In this document: in pieces, positions 1 to 10,519 of the stretch | Layout of the letters: every line of letters starts with the position of its first letter | Numbering within the stretch: the first letter of the stretch is position 1 | Source: an uncultured Aliarcobacter sp. | GTDB lineage: Bacteria; Campylobacterota; Campylobacteria; Campylobacterales; Arcobacteraceae | Assembly (NCBI GenBank): GCA_963664305.2 | Contig: CAXXLV010000002.1 | Location: 896,001-960,000 of the forward strand | DNA length: 64,000 nucleotides | Direction: 5' to 3' | Notes under the pieces: generated by a model | What the model was told of the DNA's origin: nothing | Database searches by the model: none | What the model saw: only the letters and a program-made list of their open reading frames with translations | Program-made: the position numbers and the translations under genes

Positions 1-2789
1 AAGTTATCAGAAATACCCATAACTTCACCAGTAGATTTCATTTCTGGACTTAAAAGTAAATCTGCACCATTTAATTTATTGAATGGGAAAACAGCTTCTT
101 TTACTGCAACGTGATTTTTTAATTTTGGTTTTAATACACCATTATTTTCAGTAACAATATCTTTATCATATACTTTTAAAGCATCTCTTAAAGTTTCACC
201 CCACATAACTCTAGTTGCAACTTTAGCAAGTGGCATTCCTGTTGCTTTTGATACAAATGGAACTGTTCTAGAAGCTCTTGGATTTACTTCAATTAGATAA
301 ATTTGTCCTTTATGAATTGCATATTGAGTATTCATTAAACCTACAACACCAAGACCTAAAGCCATCTCTTTTGTTTTAGTTTCTAATTCTTTAATTAAAT
401 CATCACTAATAGAAACAGGAGGTAATGAACAAGCAGAGTCACCTGAGTGAATTCCAGCCTCTTCAATATGTTGCATAATTCCACCAATATAAACTTCTTT
501 TCCATCACAAATACAATCAACATCAAGCTCAATTGCTCTATCAAGGAATTTATCAATTAATACAGGTGCATCATTTGAAACAGAAACTGCTTCATCCATA
601 TATTGTTTTAATTCATCAGTTGAATAAACAATTCTCATACCTCTTCCACCAAGAACGAATGAAGGACGAACTAGAACTGGATATCCAATCTTTTCAGCAA
701 TTTCTATTGCTTCTTCAACTTCAACAGCTGTTCCATTATCTGGTTGTAATAATCCAATATTTTCAACAAATGCTGAGAATTTTTTTCTATCTTCTGCTAA
801 ATCAATAACTTCAGCAGTTGTTCCAATGATTTTTGCTCCTGCTTTTGTTAAAGCATTTGCTAATTTTAATGGAGTTTGTCCACCAAAATGAACGATAACA
901 CCATCTGGATTTTCTTTTTCAACAACACTTCTTACATGTTCAAAATCAATTGGTTCAAAGTATAAAATATCTGATGTATCATAATCTGTCGAAACTGTTT
1001 CAGGATTACAGTTATACATAATTGTTTTTACACCCATTTCATTTAAAGCAAATGATGCATGTACACAACAATAGTCAAACTCAATACCTTGTCCAATTCT
1101 ATTTGGTCCACCACCAATAATCATAACTTTTTTCTCGTCAGATTCAATTTTAGCTACTTTTGGTAATTTTGTAATATTTGTTGTAGAGTATAAATATGGT
1201 GTTAAAGCTTTAAATTCAGCCGCACAAGTATCAACTTCATTGTATTCAAAATCAACATCTAAAGCTTTTCTTGCAAGATAAACATCTTCTTCAGTTTTTC
1301 CAATTAATTTAGCAATCATTTTATCGCTAAATCCATTTGTTTTAATTTTTCTCATGAAAGTTGCATCAGTTAATATTGATTCATTAATTGATTTTTCTAA
1401 ATCATGAATTTCTCTAAATTTAGTTAAGAACCAAGGATCAATTTTTGATAATTCAAAAATATCTTCATTTGATAAACCTTGTCTCATACCTTCCATTAGA
1501 TATAAAAGTCTTTTATCATTTGGTCTTCTAATCTCTTTTTTAATAAAATCTAAATCTTTATCTTCAATTCTATCAAATCCAACAAGACCTGTTTCCATTG
1601 AACAAAGAGCTTTTTGAATAGATTCATTAAATGTTCTTCCAATTGCCATTGCTTCACCAACAGATTTCATAGAAGTTGTTAAAGTAGACTCTGCTTTAGG
1701 GAATTTTTCAAAAGTAAATCTTGGAACTTTAGTAACGATATAATCAATTACTGGCTCAAATGAAGCAGCAGTTCCAGTGATATCATTTGTAATTTCATCA
1801 AGTGTAAATCCTACAGCTAATAAAGTTGCTACTTTTGCAATTGGATAACCAGTTGCTTTTGATGCAAGTGCAGAAGATCTTGAAACTCTTGGGTTCATTT
1901 CAATTACAATCATTCTTCCAGTATTTGGACAAATTGAGAACTGAACATTTGAACCACCAGTGTCAACTCCAATTTCTCTTAAAATTGCAAAAGATGCATT
2001 TCTCATATCTTGATACTCTTTATCTGTAAGAGTAAGAGCAGGTGCGATTGTAATAGAGTCTCCTGTATGAACTCCCATTGGGTCTAAGTTTTCAATAGAA
2101 CATACGATAATACAGTTATCTTTATGGTCTCTGATAACTTCCATCTCATATTCTTTCCATCCAAGCATAGATTCCATAATTTCGATTTCATTAATAGGAG
2201 ATGCTTCTAAACCTGAAGCTGCTAGTTTTTTAAATTCATCCATGTTATAAGCAACACCAGAACCACCACCAGCAAGTGTAAATGAAGCTCTTGAAATTAC
2301 TGGAAATCCAATCTCTTTTACAACTTTGATAGCTTCTTCTAAATTATATGCATTTGCACTTTTTGGTAAATCCATACCAATTTTTTTCATTGCTTCATTA
2401 AAAAGATGTCTATCTTCACCTTTTTTAATAGCTGCAGGATTAGCTCCTAAAAAATGAATACCTTCTAACATACCTTTATCATACATTGAAGTTGCAACAT
2501 TAAGTGCAGTTTGTCCACCCATAGTTGGTAAAATAGCATCAATATTTTCTTTTTTAATTATTTTTGCAACAACTTCTTCTGTAATTGGTTCAATATATGT
2601 TTTATCAGCGAACTCAGGATCAGTCATAATCGTAGCTGGATTTGAATTTATTAAAACAACTCTATATCCAAGTTCTTTTAGCGTTTTAGTAGCTTGAGTT
2701 CCTGAATAATCGAACTCACACGCTTGACCAATTACAATTGGTCCAGAACCAATAAGTAAAATAGACTTTATATCTTCTCTTTTTGGCAT
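1..2789 (-). CDS. carB: Carbamoyl-phosphate synthase large subunit (3' end outside window)
   Basis: Not in the ORF track because it runs off the left edge. The minus strand from ATG at 2789 reads [33 protein letters not shown]; later [20 protein letters not shown] and [14 protein letters not shown]. Confidence 0.97.
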   Translation of the reverse strand, partial: MPKREDIKSILLIGSGPIVIGQACEFDYSGTQATKTLKELGYRVVLINSNPATIMTDPEFADKTYIEPITEEVVAKIIKKENIDAILPTMGGQTALNVATSMYDKGMLEGIHFLGANPAAIKKGEDRHLFNEAMKKIGMDLPKSANAYNLEEAIKVVKEIGFPVISRASFTLAGGGSGVAYNMDEFKKLAASGLEASPINEIEIMESMLGWKEYEMEVIRDHKDNCIIVCSIENLDPMGVHTGDSITIAPALTLTDKEYQDMRNASFAILREIGVDTGGSNVQFSICPNTGRMIVIEMNPRVSRSSALASKATGYPIAKVATLLAVGFTLDEITNDITGTAASFEPVIDYIVTKVPRFTFEKFPKAESTLTTSMKSVGEAMAIGRTFNESIQKALCSMETGLVGFDRIEDKDLDFIKKEIRRPNDKRLLYLMEGMRQGLSNEDIFELSKIDPWFLTKFREIHDLEKSINESILTDATFMRKIKTNGFSDKMIAKLIGKTEEDVYLARKALDVDFEYNEVDTCAAEFKALTPYLYSTTNITKLPKVAKIESDEKKVMIIGGGPNRIGQGIEFDYCCVHASFALNEMGVKTIMYNCNPETVSTDYDTSDILYFEPIDFEHVRSVVEKENPDGVIVHFGGQTPLKLANALTKAGAKIIGTTAEVIDLAEDRKKFSAFVENIGLLQPDNGTAVEVEEAIEIAEKIGYPVLVRPSFVLGGRGMRIVYSTDELKQYMDEAVSVSNDAPVLIDKFLDRAIELDVDCICDGKEVYIGGIMQHIEEAGIHSGDSACSLPPVSISDDLIKELETKTKEMALGLGVVGLMNTQYAIHKGQIYLIEVNPRASRTVPFVSKATGMPLAKVATRVMWGETLRDALKVYDKDIVTENNGVLKPKLKNHVAVKEAVFPFNKLNGADLLLSPEMKSTGEVMGISDN

Positions 2790-2862
2790 AAAAAATTCCC
2801 CATATCTTTTGTATAAAATTTGGATAGTGTATCTAAAAAGGGCTTAAGATTGGGTTATGCTG

Positions 2863-3489
2863 TTACTGTTTTGTAACTAAGAGTTTTATTGCCAAAATAA
2901 AAAATATTAAACTTGCAAGCTTGTTTAAAATAGTTTGAGAATTTTTTGATTTATTAAAAAAATAGGCTAACTTTTCTGAAAAAAAGGCAATTAACCCAAA
3001 AACTAATATTGCTGAAAATATAAATAATATCCCTAAAACTAGCATTTGAAGAGATAAATTTCCTGAATTTATATTTGTAAATTGTGGTAAAAATGCTAAA
3101 AAAAACAAAGATACTTTTGGATTTGTAATATTCATAAAAATCCCTTTTAAATAGAGTTTTTTATAATCTATTGAATTTGTTTCTTTTAAATTAATTTTTG
3201 AATTTGAGCTTTTAAATAGTTGCCAAGCAAGATATAAAAGATAAATCGCTCCTATGATTTTTAAAGTTGTAAAAGCAATTATTGAAGTTTGAAAAATCAC
3301 AGAAACTCCAATAACTACCATAAAAGTGTGAAATAACAACCCTGTACAAAGTCCTAAGATTATCATAAATCCAGCTTTTTTACCTTGCAATATTGATTGA
3401 GTTAATACAAATAGATTATCAGGTCCAGGAACAAGTGCAAGTAAAACTGAAGCTGAAAAAAAAGCTATTAAAGTCTGATAATCTAACAC
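2863..3489 (-). CDS. LysE/RhtB family amino acid exporter
   Basis: PGPDNLFV and NITNPKVSLFFLAFLPQF motifs, hydrophobic 208 aa. Confidence 0.92.
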   Translation of the reverse strand: MLDYQTLIAFFSASVLLALVPGPDNLFVLTQSILQGKKAGFMIILGLCTGLLFHTFMVVIGVSVIFQTSIIAFTTLKIIGAIYLLYLAWQLFKSSNSKINLKETNSIDYKKLYLKGIFMNITNPKVSLFFLAFLPQFTNINSGNLSLQMLVLGILFIFSAILVFGLIAFFSEKLAYFFNKSKNSQTILNKLASLIFFILAIKLLVTKQ

Positions 3490-3493
3490 TTAC

Positions 3494-4177
3494 TTATGCT
3501 TTTGGAAGATTAAACTTTTTAGTATTTAAAATACCTTCATTATCAAAAGATAGATAATATAAAACATCTTTTTTAACTTCTAAACCAGCTAAATATCTTA
3601 AAGCTAAATTTGCTTGAAGTGAACCTATATGCATAACAATAGGACAAGCTATTCCGTTTGGTTTTCTATCATTTATTTGAAAAACTGCTTCATATGAGGC
3701 TTTTTCAAAAAAACAAACTTGACCATGAAACTCTTCAACACTTCCATAAATCCAAGGTTGATTTTTTTTCATGCAATATTCATTAATAGCAGCTCTTGTT
3801 GGAAGATTATCTGTTGCATCAATGATTAAATCAAATTCTAAATCTCTTTTTGCAAAATCATCAAAACTCTCTTTATAAGCTGTAACTTTAGTATATGGAC
3901 ATCTTGATTCAATTAATTCTTTTAAAACTTCAGCTTTATATTTTCCGTCATCCCCTACTTTAAAACCTATTTGTCTATGAATATTATGAACACCAACAGT
4001 ATCAAAATCTACAAATGTAAACTCTCCAATTCCAGATGCTCCAAGTGCAATCCCAAGAGTACATCCTAGACCTCCACTTCCAATAATTGCAATTTTTTTA
4101 TTTTGAAGTGAATTTTGTACCTCTTCTCCCCAAAGTTTTATTTGTCTATTAAAATATTCATTAAATTCATTTTGCAT
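3494..4177 (-). CDS. ThiF/MoeB/HesA family adenylyltransferase (E1-like)
   Basis: YFNRQI, GSGGLG, DFDTVGVHNIHRQ, DATDN motifs. Confidence 0.9.
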   Translation of the reverse strand: MQNEFNEYFNRQIKLWGEEVQNSLQNKKIAIIGSGGLGCTLGIALGASGIGEFTFVDFDTVGVHNIHRQIGFKVGDDGKYKAEVLKELIESRCPYTKVTAYKESFDDFAKRDLEFDLIIDATDNLPTRAAINEYCMKKNQPWIYGSVEEFHGQVCFFEKASYEAVFQINDRKPNGIACPIVMHIGSLQANLALRYLAGLEVKKDVLYYLSFDNEGILNTKKFNLPKA

Positions 4178-4325
4178 AATTTATTCCTTAGTTTATTAGT
4201 AAAGATTATTATTTTTATATCGTTTTGTAATAATATCAAATTATAATTAAAATACTATGACTAAAATCAAGTATTACTAATCTATAATTGCATATTATAA
4301 AAAAGAAATCAATACAAGGCTACAA

Positions 4326-5120
4326 ATGAAAAAATTCTCAATTTTTTTATCATTATCTCTTTTAGCATTAAGTGCTAACTCTGCTTCTACTAATCCTCAA
4401 GATGATTATGAAAAATTAAAACAATCTATTGAGAAAAAATATGAAAAACAAACTCCTAAAGAATGGGGAGAAAATGTAAAAGGTGTAAAAACAAAATTAA
4501 ACACTAATAAAAAAGTTATTGCACTTACAATGGATGCTTGTGGAACTGAAGGTGGAATGGGATATGACAATCACTTAATTGCATATTTAGAAAAAGAAAA
4601 AATTCCAGCAACTCTATTTATAAATGGGAAATGGATAGATAAAAATTTAGAAAACTTTAAACATTTAGCATCAAATCCTCAATTTGAAATAGGAAATCAT
4701 GGGTATTTACATAAACCAGCTTCTGTTGAAGGAAAATCTGTTTATGGAATAAATGGAACAGCAAATATTTCAGAACTTGTTGACGAAATAGAATTAAATG
4801 CAAGAAAAATAGAAGAATTAACAAATAAAAGACCAAAATACTTCCGTTCTGGAACTGCATATTATGATGAAGTTGCAGTTAAAGTTGCAAACAGTTTAAA
4901 ACAAGAAGTTGTAGGTTTTTCTGTTTTAGGTGATGCAGGAGCAACTTATAGTGCTAAAAAAATTGAAAAAGCTTTTGAAAATGTAAAAGGTGGAGAAATT
5001 GGAATAATTCATTTTAATCATCCTGAATCTCATACAAGAGAAGGAATTATTAGAGTTATTAAAAAATTAAAAGCAGAAGGTTTTACATTTGTTAAATTAT
5101 CTGATTATTCTTTAAAATAA
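4326..5120 (+). CDS. Secreted polysaccharide deacetylase (NodB/CE4 family)
   Basis: Signal peptide; ALTMDACG, EIGNHGYLH, YFRSG, IIHFNHP motifs. Confidence 0.88.
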   Translation: MKKFSIFLSLSLLALSANSASTNPQDDYEKLKQSIEKKYEKQTPKEWGENVKGVKTKLNTNKKVIALTMDACGTEGGMGYDNHLIAYLEKEKIPATLFINGKWIDKNLENFKHLASNPQFEIGNHGYLHKPASVEGKSVYGINGTANISELVDEIELNARKIEELTNKRPKYFRSGTAYYDEVAVKVANSLKQEVVGFSVLGDAGATYSAKKIEKAFENVKGGEIGIIHFNHPESHTREGIIRVIKKLKAEGFTFVKLSDYSLK

Positions 5121-5125
5121 TCAGA
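5100..5125. terminator. Hairpin between convergent genes, probable terminator
   Basis: TCTGATTATT-ctttaa-AATAATCAGA, a 10-bp stem overlapping the deacetylase stop. Confidence 0.5.
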
Positions 5126-5314
5126 CTAATTTTTATTTTCAACAGAGAAGATAAGCTTAGCTTCATCAAGAAGTTTTTGAGCTTCTTCTAACTCTTTTAT
5201 ACCTGTTTTATATAATTTAATTGAATCGCTAAGTGTTATTTGTGGATTTGATAATTTTTCTAATAGTTCTTTTGCTTTTAAAACTTTTTCTTCAAAACTA
5301 ATCTCTTCATTCAT
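5126..5314 (-). CDS. xseB: Exodeoxyribonuclease VII small subunit
   Basis: 62 aa: SFEEK...LEKL...ITLSDSIKLYKTG...LDEAKL; GAGGA RBS. Confidence 0.9.
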   Translation of the reverse strand: MNEEISFEEKVLKAKELLEKLSNPQITLSDSIKLYKTGIKELEEAQKLLDEAKLIFSVENKN

Positions 5315-5403
5315 ATAATGTCCTCATTATTGTTTATATAAGTCTCTATTATATCAATAATTAATAAAAGAACATGTAAACTAAAAAAAACATTGGTGTT
5401 AAC

Positions 5404-7008
5404 ATGATAGATTTTTCAAAGTTAATTATTATTGTTACTCTTCTTGGTGGACTTGGTATATTTTTGATTGGTTTAATAATCATGACAAAAGGTTTACAGT
5501 CACTTGCTGGTGATAAATTAAGAAATGCCATGTTACATTTTACAAAAAGTCCTTATAGTGGTGCTTTAAGTGGTGCTATTATGACTTCTTTATTACAATC
5601 TTCAAGTGCTACAACAGTTGCTGCTGTTGGTTTTGTGGGTGCTGGAATTATCAACTTTTCTCAATCTTTAGGTATTATTTTTGGTGCAAATATTGGAAGT
5701 ACATTTACAGGTTGGATAGTTGCTATATTTGGATTTAAATTTAATTTAGGAATAGCTGTTTTACCTTTTATATTTTTAGGAGCAATTTTAAAACTTTTTG
5801 CAAAAGAAAATATTGCTTCAATGGGTTTTGCAATAGCTGGTTTTGGACTTATCTTTGTAGGAATTGACACTATGCAAGGAGCAGTTAAAGGTTTTGAAAA
5901 TATATTAACTCCAGACATTTTACCAAATGATTCTTTTACAGGAAGATTACTACTTATAAGTATTGGTATTATAATTACCATGATTACACAAGCTTCTAGT
6001 GCTGGAATTGCAATGACTTTGACTCTTCTTTATGGTGGTGCTGTTAATTTTGAACAAGCAGCTGCTTTAGTAATTGGAATGGATGTTGGAACAACAATAA
6101 CAGCAGCAATGGCCACAATAGGTGGAAATATAAATGCTAAAAGAACTGGATTTTCTCATGTAATTTACAATTTTTTAAGTGCCACATTAGCTTTTTTATT
6201 TATCACACCTTTTATAACTATATTAGAATATATAAAACCTGGATTTATTTTAGAAAATTCACAACTTTCATTGGTAGCATTTCATAGTTCATTTAATATT
6301 TTAAGTGTTTTACTTATCTTACCATTTACAAATATATTTGCAAATTTCATTAAAAAGCTTATAAAAGAAAAATCTAACAATTTTATTAATAATCTTGATG
6401 AAGAATTTCTAAAAGAGCCTAAAATTGCCTTAAATGTTACTTTACAAAGTATTATTAAAGAGTACATAATCATATTAAAACATATAAAAACTTTATTAAA
6501 TGATAAATCAGAATTCCAAAGAATGGATATAAAAGAGGTTCAAAATATCTTAAATATCACCCATGAATTTTTAGATAAAATCCACATTAAACAAAAAGAT
6601 AGCCCTGATTGGGCCTATTTAGTTGATTTAATTCATTCTATTGATCATCTTCAAAGACTACATGAAAGATGTGAAGAGGAAGAAGATAGAATTATTTGTG
6701 CTAAAGATATTTTAGAATTAGAAGATATTTTAAAACAATTCTATTCAAATATTTCAAATAGCATACTAGCTTATGAAACAAATAACTGGAATAATATAAT
6801 TAAAAATAGTGAAAAATTAACTATTGATATAGAAAAAATGAATCAAAAATATAGAGAAGATATTGCAAATAAAATTGCAACAGGAGAACTTGATGTTCCA
6901 GATGGTTCAGATAGATTAGAAGCTATTAGATGGTTACATCGTGTAAGCATTCATATCTATCGAATAAACTATTATATTCATAAAGCTATTCTCTCATCTG
7001 GTAAATAA
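5404..7008 (+). CDS. Na+/Pi cotransporter family protein with PhoU-like C-terminus
   Basis: QSSSATT and GANIGSTFT repeat 1; QASSAG and GMDVGTTIT repeat 2. Confidence 0.92.
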   Translation: MIDFSKLIIIVTLLGGLGIFLIGLIIMTKGLQSLAGDKLRNAMLHFTKSPYSGALSGAIMTSLLQSSSATTVAAVGFVGAGIINFSQSLGIIFGANIGSTFTGWIVAIFGFKFNLGIAVLPFIFLGAILKLFAKENIASMGFAIAGFGLIFVGIDTMQGAVKGFENILTPDILPNDSFTGRLLLISIGIIITMITQASSAGIAMTLTLLYGGAVNFEQAAALVIGMDVGTTITAAMATIGGNINAKRTGFSHVIYNFLSATLAFLFITPFITILEYIKPGFILENSQLSLVAFHSSFNILSVLLILPFTNIFANFIKKLIKEKSNNFINNLDEEFLKEPKIALNVTLQSIIKEYIIILKHIKTLLNDKSEFQRMDIKEVQNILNITHEFLDKIHIKQKDSPDWAYLVDLIHSIDHLQRLHERCEEEEDRIICAKDILELEDILKQFYSNISNSILAYETNNWNNIIKNSEKLTIDIEKMNQKYREDIANKIATGELDVPDGSDRLEAIRWLHRVSIHIYRINYYIHKAILSSGK

Positions 7009-7014
7009 TAAAAA

Positions 7015-8121
7015 CTATTTATCTTTTAATATTTCTCTAACATGGTCTTCAAATTTCTCAACTTCAACTAAAAATGAATCATGCCCTGATTGACTCTCTA
7101 TTAATTTATAAGTAACTTGATTTTCTCGTCCAAGTTTTATCATAATATCTCTAATTTCTTCCATTTCTTCAGGGAAAAATAGCATATCATCACTAAAAGC
7201 AATTAAATGTAAATTTGCTTGAACTTTATCAAAAGAGTCTTCTATTTTATCTTTATTTCTTCCAGCATCAAATATATTCATCGTTTTACAAATATATAAA
7301 TATGAAAGTGGGTCAAAATATTTTGGAAAACTATAAGCATTATACTCTAAATACTTTTCTACTTCAAATCTTCCAAAAAGCTCATATAATCCATCTGTTG
7401 AAGAATAATCTCTTCCAAATTTTTTATTAAATAAGTTTGGACTTAAATAACAGATTAATCCTGCCATTCTTCCAATAGCAAGTCCAGGAAGTCCTAAAGC
7501 TTTTAAATCATCTTTCGCATAATTTCCATTTTTAAAAATTGGGTCATGTCTTATTGCTTCAATTCCTATTTTATTAAAAGCAATTGCCCAAGGTCTTGTA
7601 TATGCAGTTGTTGCAAGAGCTATTATTTCTTTAGCAAAAGTTGGATATTCTATTGCATAACAAAGTGCTTGCATTCCTCCCATACTTCCACCAATAACTG
7701 CAACTGCATTTGAAATGCCTAATCTTTTATATAGTTTCATTTGAGCTTTAACAATATCAGAAATTGCTAAAACAGGGAATTTTAATCTGTACTCTTTTTT
7801 TGTTGAAGGGTCAATACTCATAGGATTTGTCGAACCATAAGAACTTCCAATATTATTTGAACAAATTACAAAATATTTTTTAGTATCTATTGCTTTTCCA
7901 TCACCAATGAATTTATCCCACCAACCTGGCTTTGCTTCATCAGCATATCGACCAGCTGCATGGTGGCTTCCAGAAAGTGCATGACAAATAACAATTACAT
8001 TTGATTTATCTTCATTTAATTCACCATAAGTTTCATATATGATTTCAAAAGACTCTAAAAGTCTTCCACTTTCTAAATATAAAGGTTCATTAAATTTTTC
8101 TACTTTTGTCTCTATTCTCAA
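7015..8121 (-). CDS. metX: Homoserine O-acetyltransferase
   Basis: CHALSGSHH, GWWD, GGSMGGMQ, GHDSFL. TTG at 8121 has GGGA 6 nt upstream, so preferred over 8133. Confidence 0.95.
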   Translation of the reverse strand: MRIETKVEKFNEPLYLESGRLLESFEIIYETYGELNEDKSNVIVICHALSGSHHAAGRYADEAKPGWWDKFIGDGKAIDTKKYFVICSNNIGSSYGSTNPMSIDPSTKKEYRLKFPVLAISDIVKAQMKLYKRLGISNAVAVIGGSMGGMQALCYAIEYPTFAKEIIALATTAYTRPWAIAFNKIGIEAIRHDPIFKNGNYAKDDLKALGLPGLAIGRMAGLICYLSPNLFNKKFGRDYSSTDGLYELFGRFEVEKYLEYNAYSFPKYFDPLSYLYICKTMNIFDAGRNKDKIEDSFDKVQANLHLIAFSDDMLFFPEEMEEIRDIMIKLGRENQVTYKLIESQSGHDSFLVEVEKFEDHVREILKDK

Positions 8122-8151
8122 AATTAATCCCAACTACAATGTTTTTAAGCT

Positions 8152-8173
8152 TGATAGTCTAGCTAAACTATCA
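8152..8173. promoter_or_regulatory. 22-bp near-perfect palindrome over the putative metX -10 box
   Basis: TGATAGTCTAG|CTAAACTATCA (one mismatch); contains minus-strand TAGACT at 8161-8156. Confidence 0.5.
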
Positions 8174-8188
8174 TAAGAAAGTTATTTA

Positions 8189-8638
8189 TTAAGCTTTATA
8201 TAATTCTTCAAAGCTTATTTTCATCAACTCTTGCCAAGTTTTATCTGGACTCCAAATATTAAACATTGACAAATCAATCTCTTCAAATGGAGTTTTTAAA
8301 ATATATTTATGATAAACATACATAAACGCACTAACTCTATAATTTTTAGCACAATGCACCCAAACTTTATTTGCTACAAGGGCTTGCATAGTATTTAAAA
8401 AAAGTTTTAAATCACTTGGCTTTGGATTTTCAAAATCTACAGGAATATGAAAATAACTCATTCCAAGATTTGTTACAACTTTATCTTCATTTTCAATAGC
8501 ATTAGAAGCATCACATAAAGCTAAATTTATTACTATTTCAAAACCTTCATTTTTAATCAATTCAAACTCTTCAATTTTAGGTTGACCTGAAGTTGAAATA
8601 AGTTCATTGATTTTGATGTAATTCAAAATATTTTTCAT
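8189..8638 (-). CDS. DUF442 / protein-tyrosine-phosphatase-like (putative sulfur transferase) protein
   Basis: TSGQP, VINL, YFHIPV and VHCAKNYR (Cx5R-like) motifs. Confidence 0.8.
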   Translation of the reverse strand: MKNILNYIKINELISTSGQPKIEEFELIKNEGFEIVINLALCDASNAIENEDKVVTNLGMSYFHIPVDFENPKPSDLKLFLNTMQALVANKVWVHCAKNYRVSAFMYVYHKYILKTPFEEIDLSMFNIWSPDKTWQELMKISFEELYKA

Positions 8639-8712
8639 ATTCGCTCCTTTGCTTTTTTATCATTGTAAGATTTTCTTTCTTATTCATAAGTAAATTTATA
8701 TATAATTAGCCC

Positions 8713-9210
8713 ATGAAAAAGATATATATAGCAGGATTTGATGTTTTTGAAAGTAATTCCATAGAGATTGGCAAAAAGTATGTACAACTTTGCAAAAACT
8801 ATGGATTTGAAGGTTTATATCCACTAGATAATATCGTAGATTTCAATCAAGAAAAAAGAAAAATTGCACAAGATATTTATAAAGCTAATGTAAACTTGAT
8901 AAATCAATGCGATATTGTTATTGCAAATTTAAACTCATTTAGAGGAAAAGAAGCAGATAGTGGAACAATTTGGGAATGTGGTTATGCAACTGCATTAGGA
9001 AAAAAAGTATTTGGTTATATGAAAAAAGAGCAAAATTATATAGATAGTTTTTCAAAAGATGAAAAAAATGTTATAGATGATGTAACTTATGATTTAGAAA
9101 ATAGAGTTATTGAGGATTTTGATTATTCTATAAATTTAATGATTGCTTGTAGTATAGAAAAGATGATATTTGGAGATTTTGAAGATTGTTTAAAGGAGAT
9201 TTGTAAATGA
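8713..9210 (+). CDS. Nucleoside 2-deoxyribosyltransferase family protein
   Basis: KIYIAGFDVF, DSGTIWECGYA, NLMI motifs. Confidence 0.9.
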   Translation: MKKIYIAGFDVFESNSIEIGKKYVQLCKNYGFEGLYPLDNIVDFNQEKRKIAQDIYKANVNLINQCDIVIANLNSFRGKEADSGTIWECGYATALGKKVFGYMKKEQNYIDSFSKDEKNVIDDVTYDLENRVIEDFDYSINLMIACSIEKMIFGDFEDCLKEICK

Positions 9211-10241
9211 ATTTGATTTTTGCTAAATCACAAGATGCTAAAAAAGCTTATGAATTAGTTAGAAGTTTACAAACAAGATTTGTAGAAAAACTAAATGATT
9301 TAAGTGAAAAATTTGGAGAAGATAAAAAATTTGAAGAAGTTATTTGGTTAAGAAATGGTGGAACTTTTGGTGGTGGAAGTAGATTTGAAGCAAAAGATGA
9401 AATATTTTTTAATAGAGCAAGCGTTAATGTATCACAAGTTCATTATGAAAATGATGAAACAAAAAGTTTAGATAGTGCAACAGCTATTTCAACTATAATT
9501 CATCCAAAAAATCCAAACTTGCCATCTATTCATATTCATATTAGTTTAACTATTTTAAAAGATGGAAATTCATATTGGCGAATTATGGCTGATTTAAATC
9601 CAAGTATTGAAAATATTGAGGATAAAAAAGTTTTTGAAAAAGCTATAAAAGAGGCTTCTAAAGAGACTTTTGAAGAAGGAGTAAAACAAGGTGAAAAATA
9701 CTTTTTTATTCCAGCATTAAATAGACATAGAGGAATTTCTCACTTCTATTTAGAAAACTATAAAACAGAAAATAAAGAAAAAGATTTTTCATTTGCTTTA
9801 AATTTTGGTGAAATTGTAATTGATAGATATATTTTGATTTTAAAAAATGCTTATTTAAATAGACAAACATTTAGTGTTCAAGATATTAAAAAACAACTTG
9901 ATTATCACACTTTATATCTATTTCAAGTTTTAACTTTGGATAGAGGTACAACATCTGGACTTTTAGTTCATAATGAAAATGATATTGGAATTATGGGCTC
10001 ACTTCCAAAATTTGTAAATAAAAAATTATTAGAGTCTTGGGTAGAAAAACTCCCTTTCCCTCAAGATAAATTACTTATAAAAATTGTTGAAACAATAAAT
10101 GATAATGGCTTAATTGATACAATAACAAAAGAAAAATTAGCAAATGTAGTAAGAAATCACTATAAAGAGTTTCCAGATTCGTTAAAATATCAAGCAAGTG
10201 GAAATAGTATTCCAACAACTGTTAATAATCATATAAAATAA
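9207..10241 (+). CDS. hemF: Oxygen-dependent coproporphyrinogen III oxidase-like protein
   Basis: GGGSR, ASVNVSQVH, IHPKNP..PSIH, ADLNP, YFFIP...RHRG, DRGT..GL, SLP motifs. Confidence 0.82.
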   Translation: MNLIFAKSQDAKKAYELVRSLQTRFVEKLNDLSEKFGEDKKFEEVIWLRNGGTFGGGSRFEAKDEIFFNRASVNVSQVHYENDETKSLDSATAISTIIHPKNPNLPSIHIHISLTILKDGNSYWRIMADLNPSIENIEDKKVFEKAIKEASKETFEEGVKQGEKYFFIPALNRHRGISHFYLENYKTENKEKDFSFALNFGEIVIDRYILILKNAYLNRQTFSVQDIKKQLDYHTLYLFQVLTLDRGTTSGLLVHNENDIGIMGSLPKFVNKKLLESWVEKLPFPQDKLLIKIVETINDNGLIDTITKEKLANVVRNHYKEFPDSLKYQASGNSIPTTVNNHIK

Positions 10242-10253
10242 AAGGAATAGAAA

Positions 10254-10517
10254 ATGAATAAAATAGAAGAATTAGAAAAACTTTTAAAAACAGATGTTTT
10301 AATTGAAGTAAATGAAGAGATAAAAGCTTTAGATAAATTAATTTCAAAAAATAAAGATAATGAAGATTATAAAATCGAGTTAGATTATATGTTAGATGTT
10401 AAAAAGTTTTATGATGAAGTATTACTTCATATTGAAAGAAATCAATTATCTTTAGAAGATGCTGTAAATATTCTTCAAGATTTAGAAGATATGAGAGCAG
10501 AAGATGACGAGGTATAA
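10254..10517 (+). CDS. Hypothetical acidic helical protein
   Basis: 87-aa ORF with AAGGA RBS, inside an operon. Confidence 0.75.
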   Translation: MNKIEELEKLLKTDVLIEVNEEIKALDKLISKNKDNEDYKIELDYMLDVKKFYDEVLLHIERNQLSLEDAVNILQDLEDMRAEDDEV

Positions 10518-10519
10518 GA

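Noticed and set aside
533..2029. Short plus-strand ORFs at 533-808 and 1826-2029
   Set aside because: They are antisense shadows of carB with L/Q/F-rich composition and no RBS.
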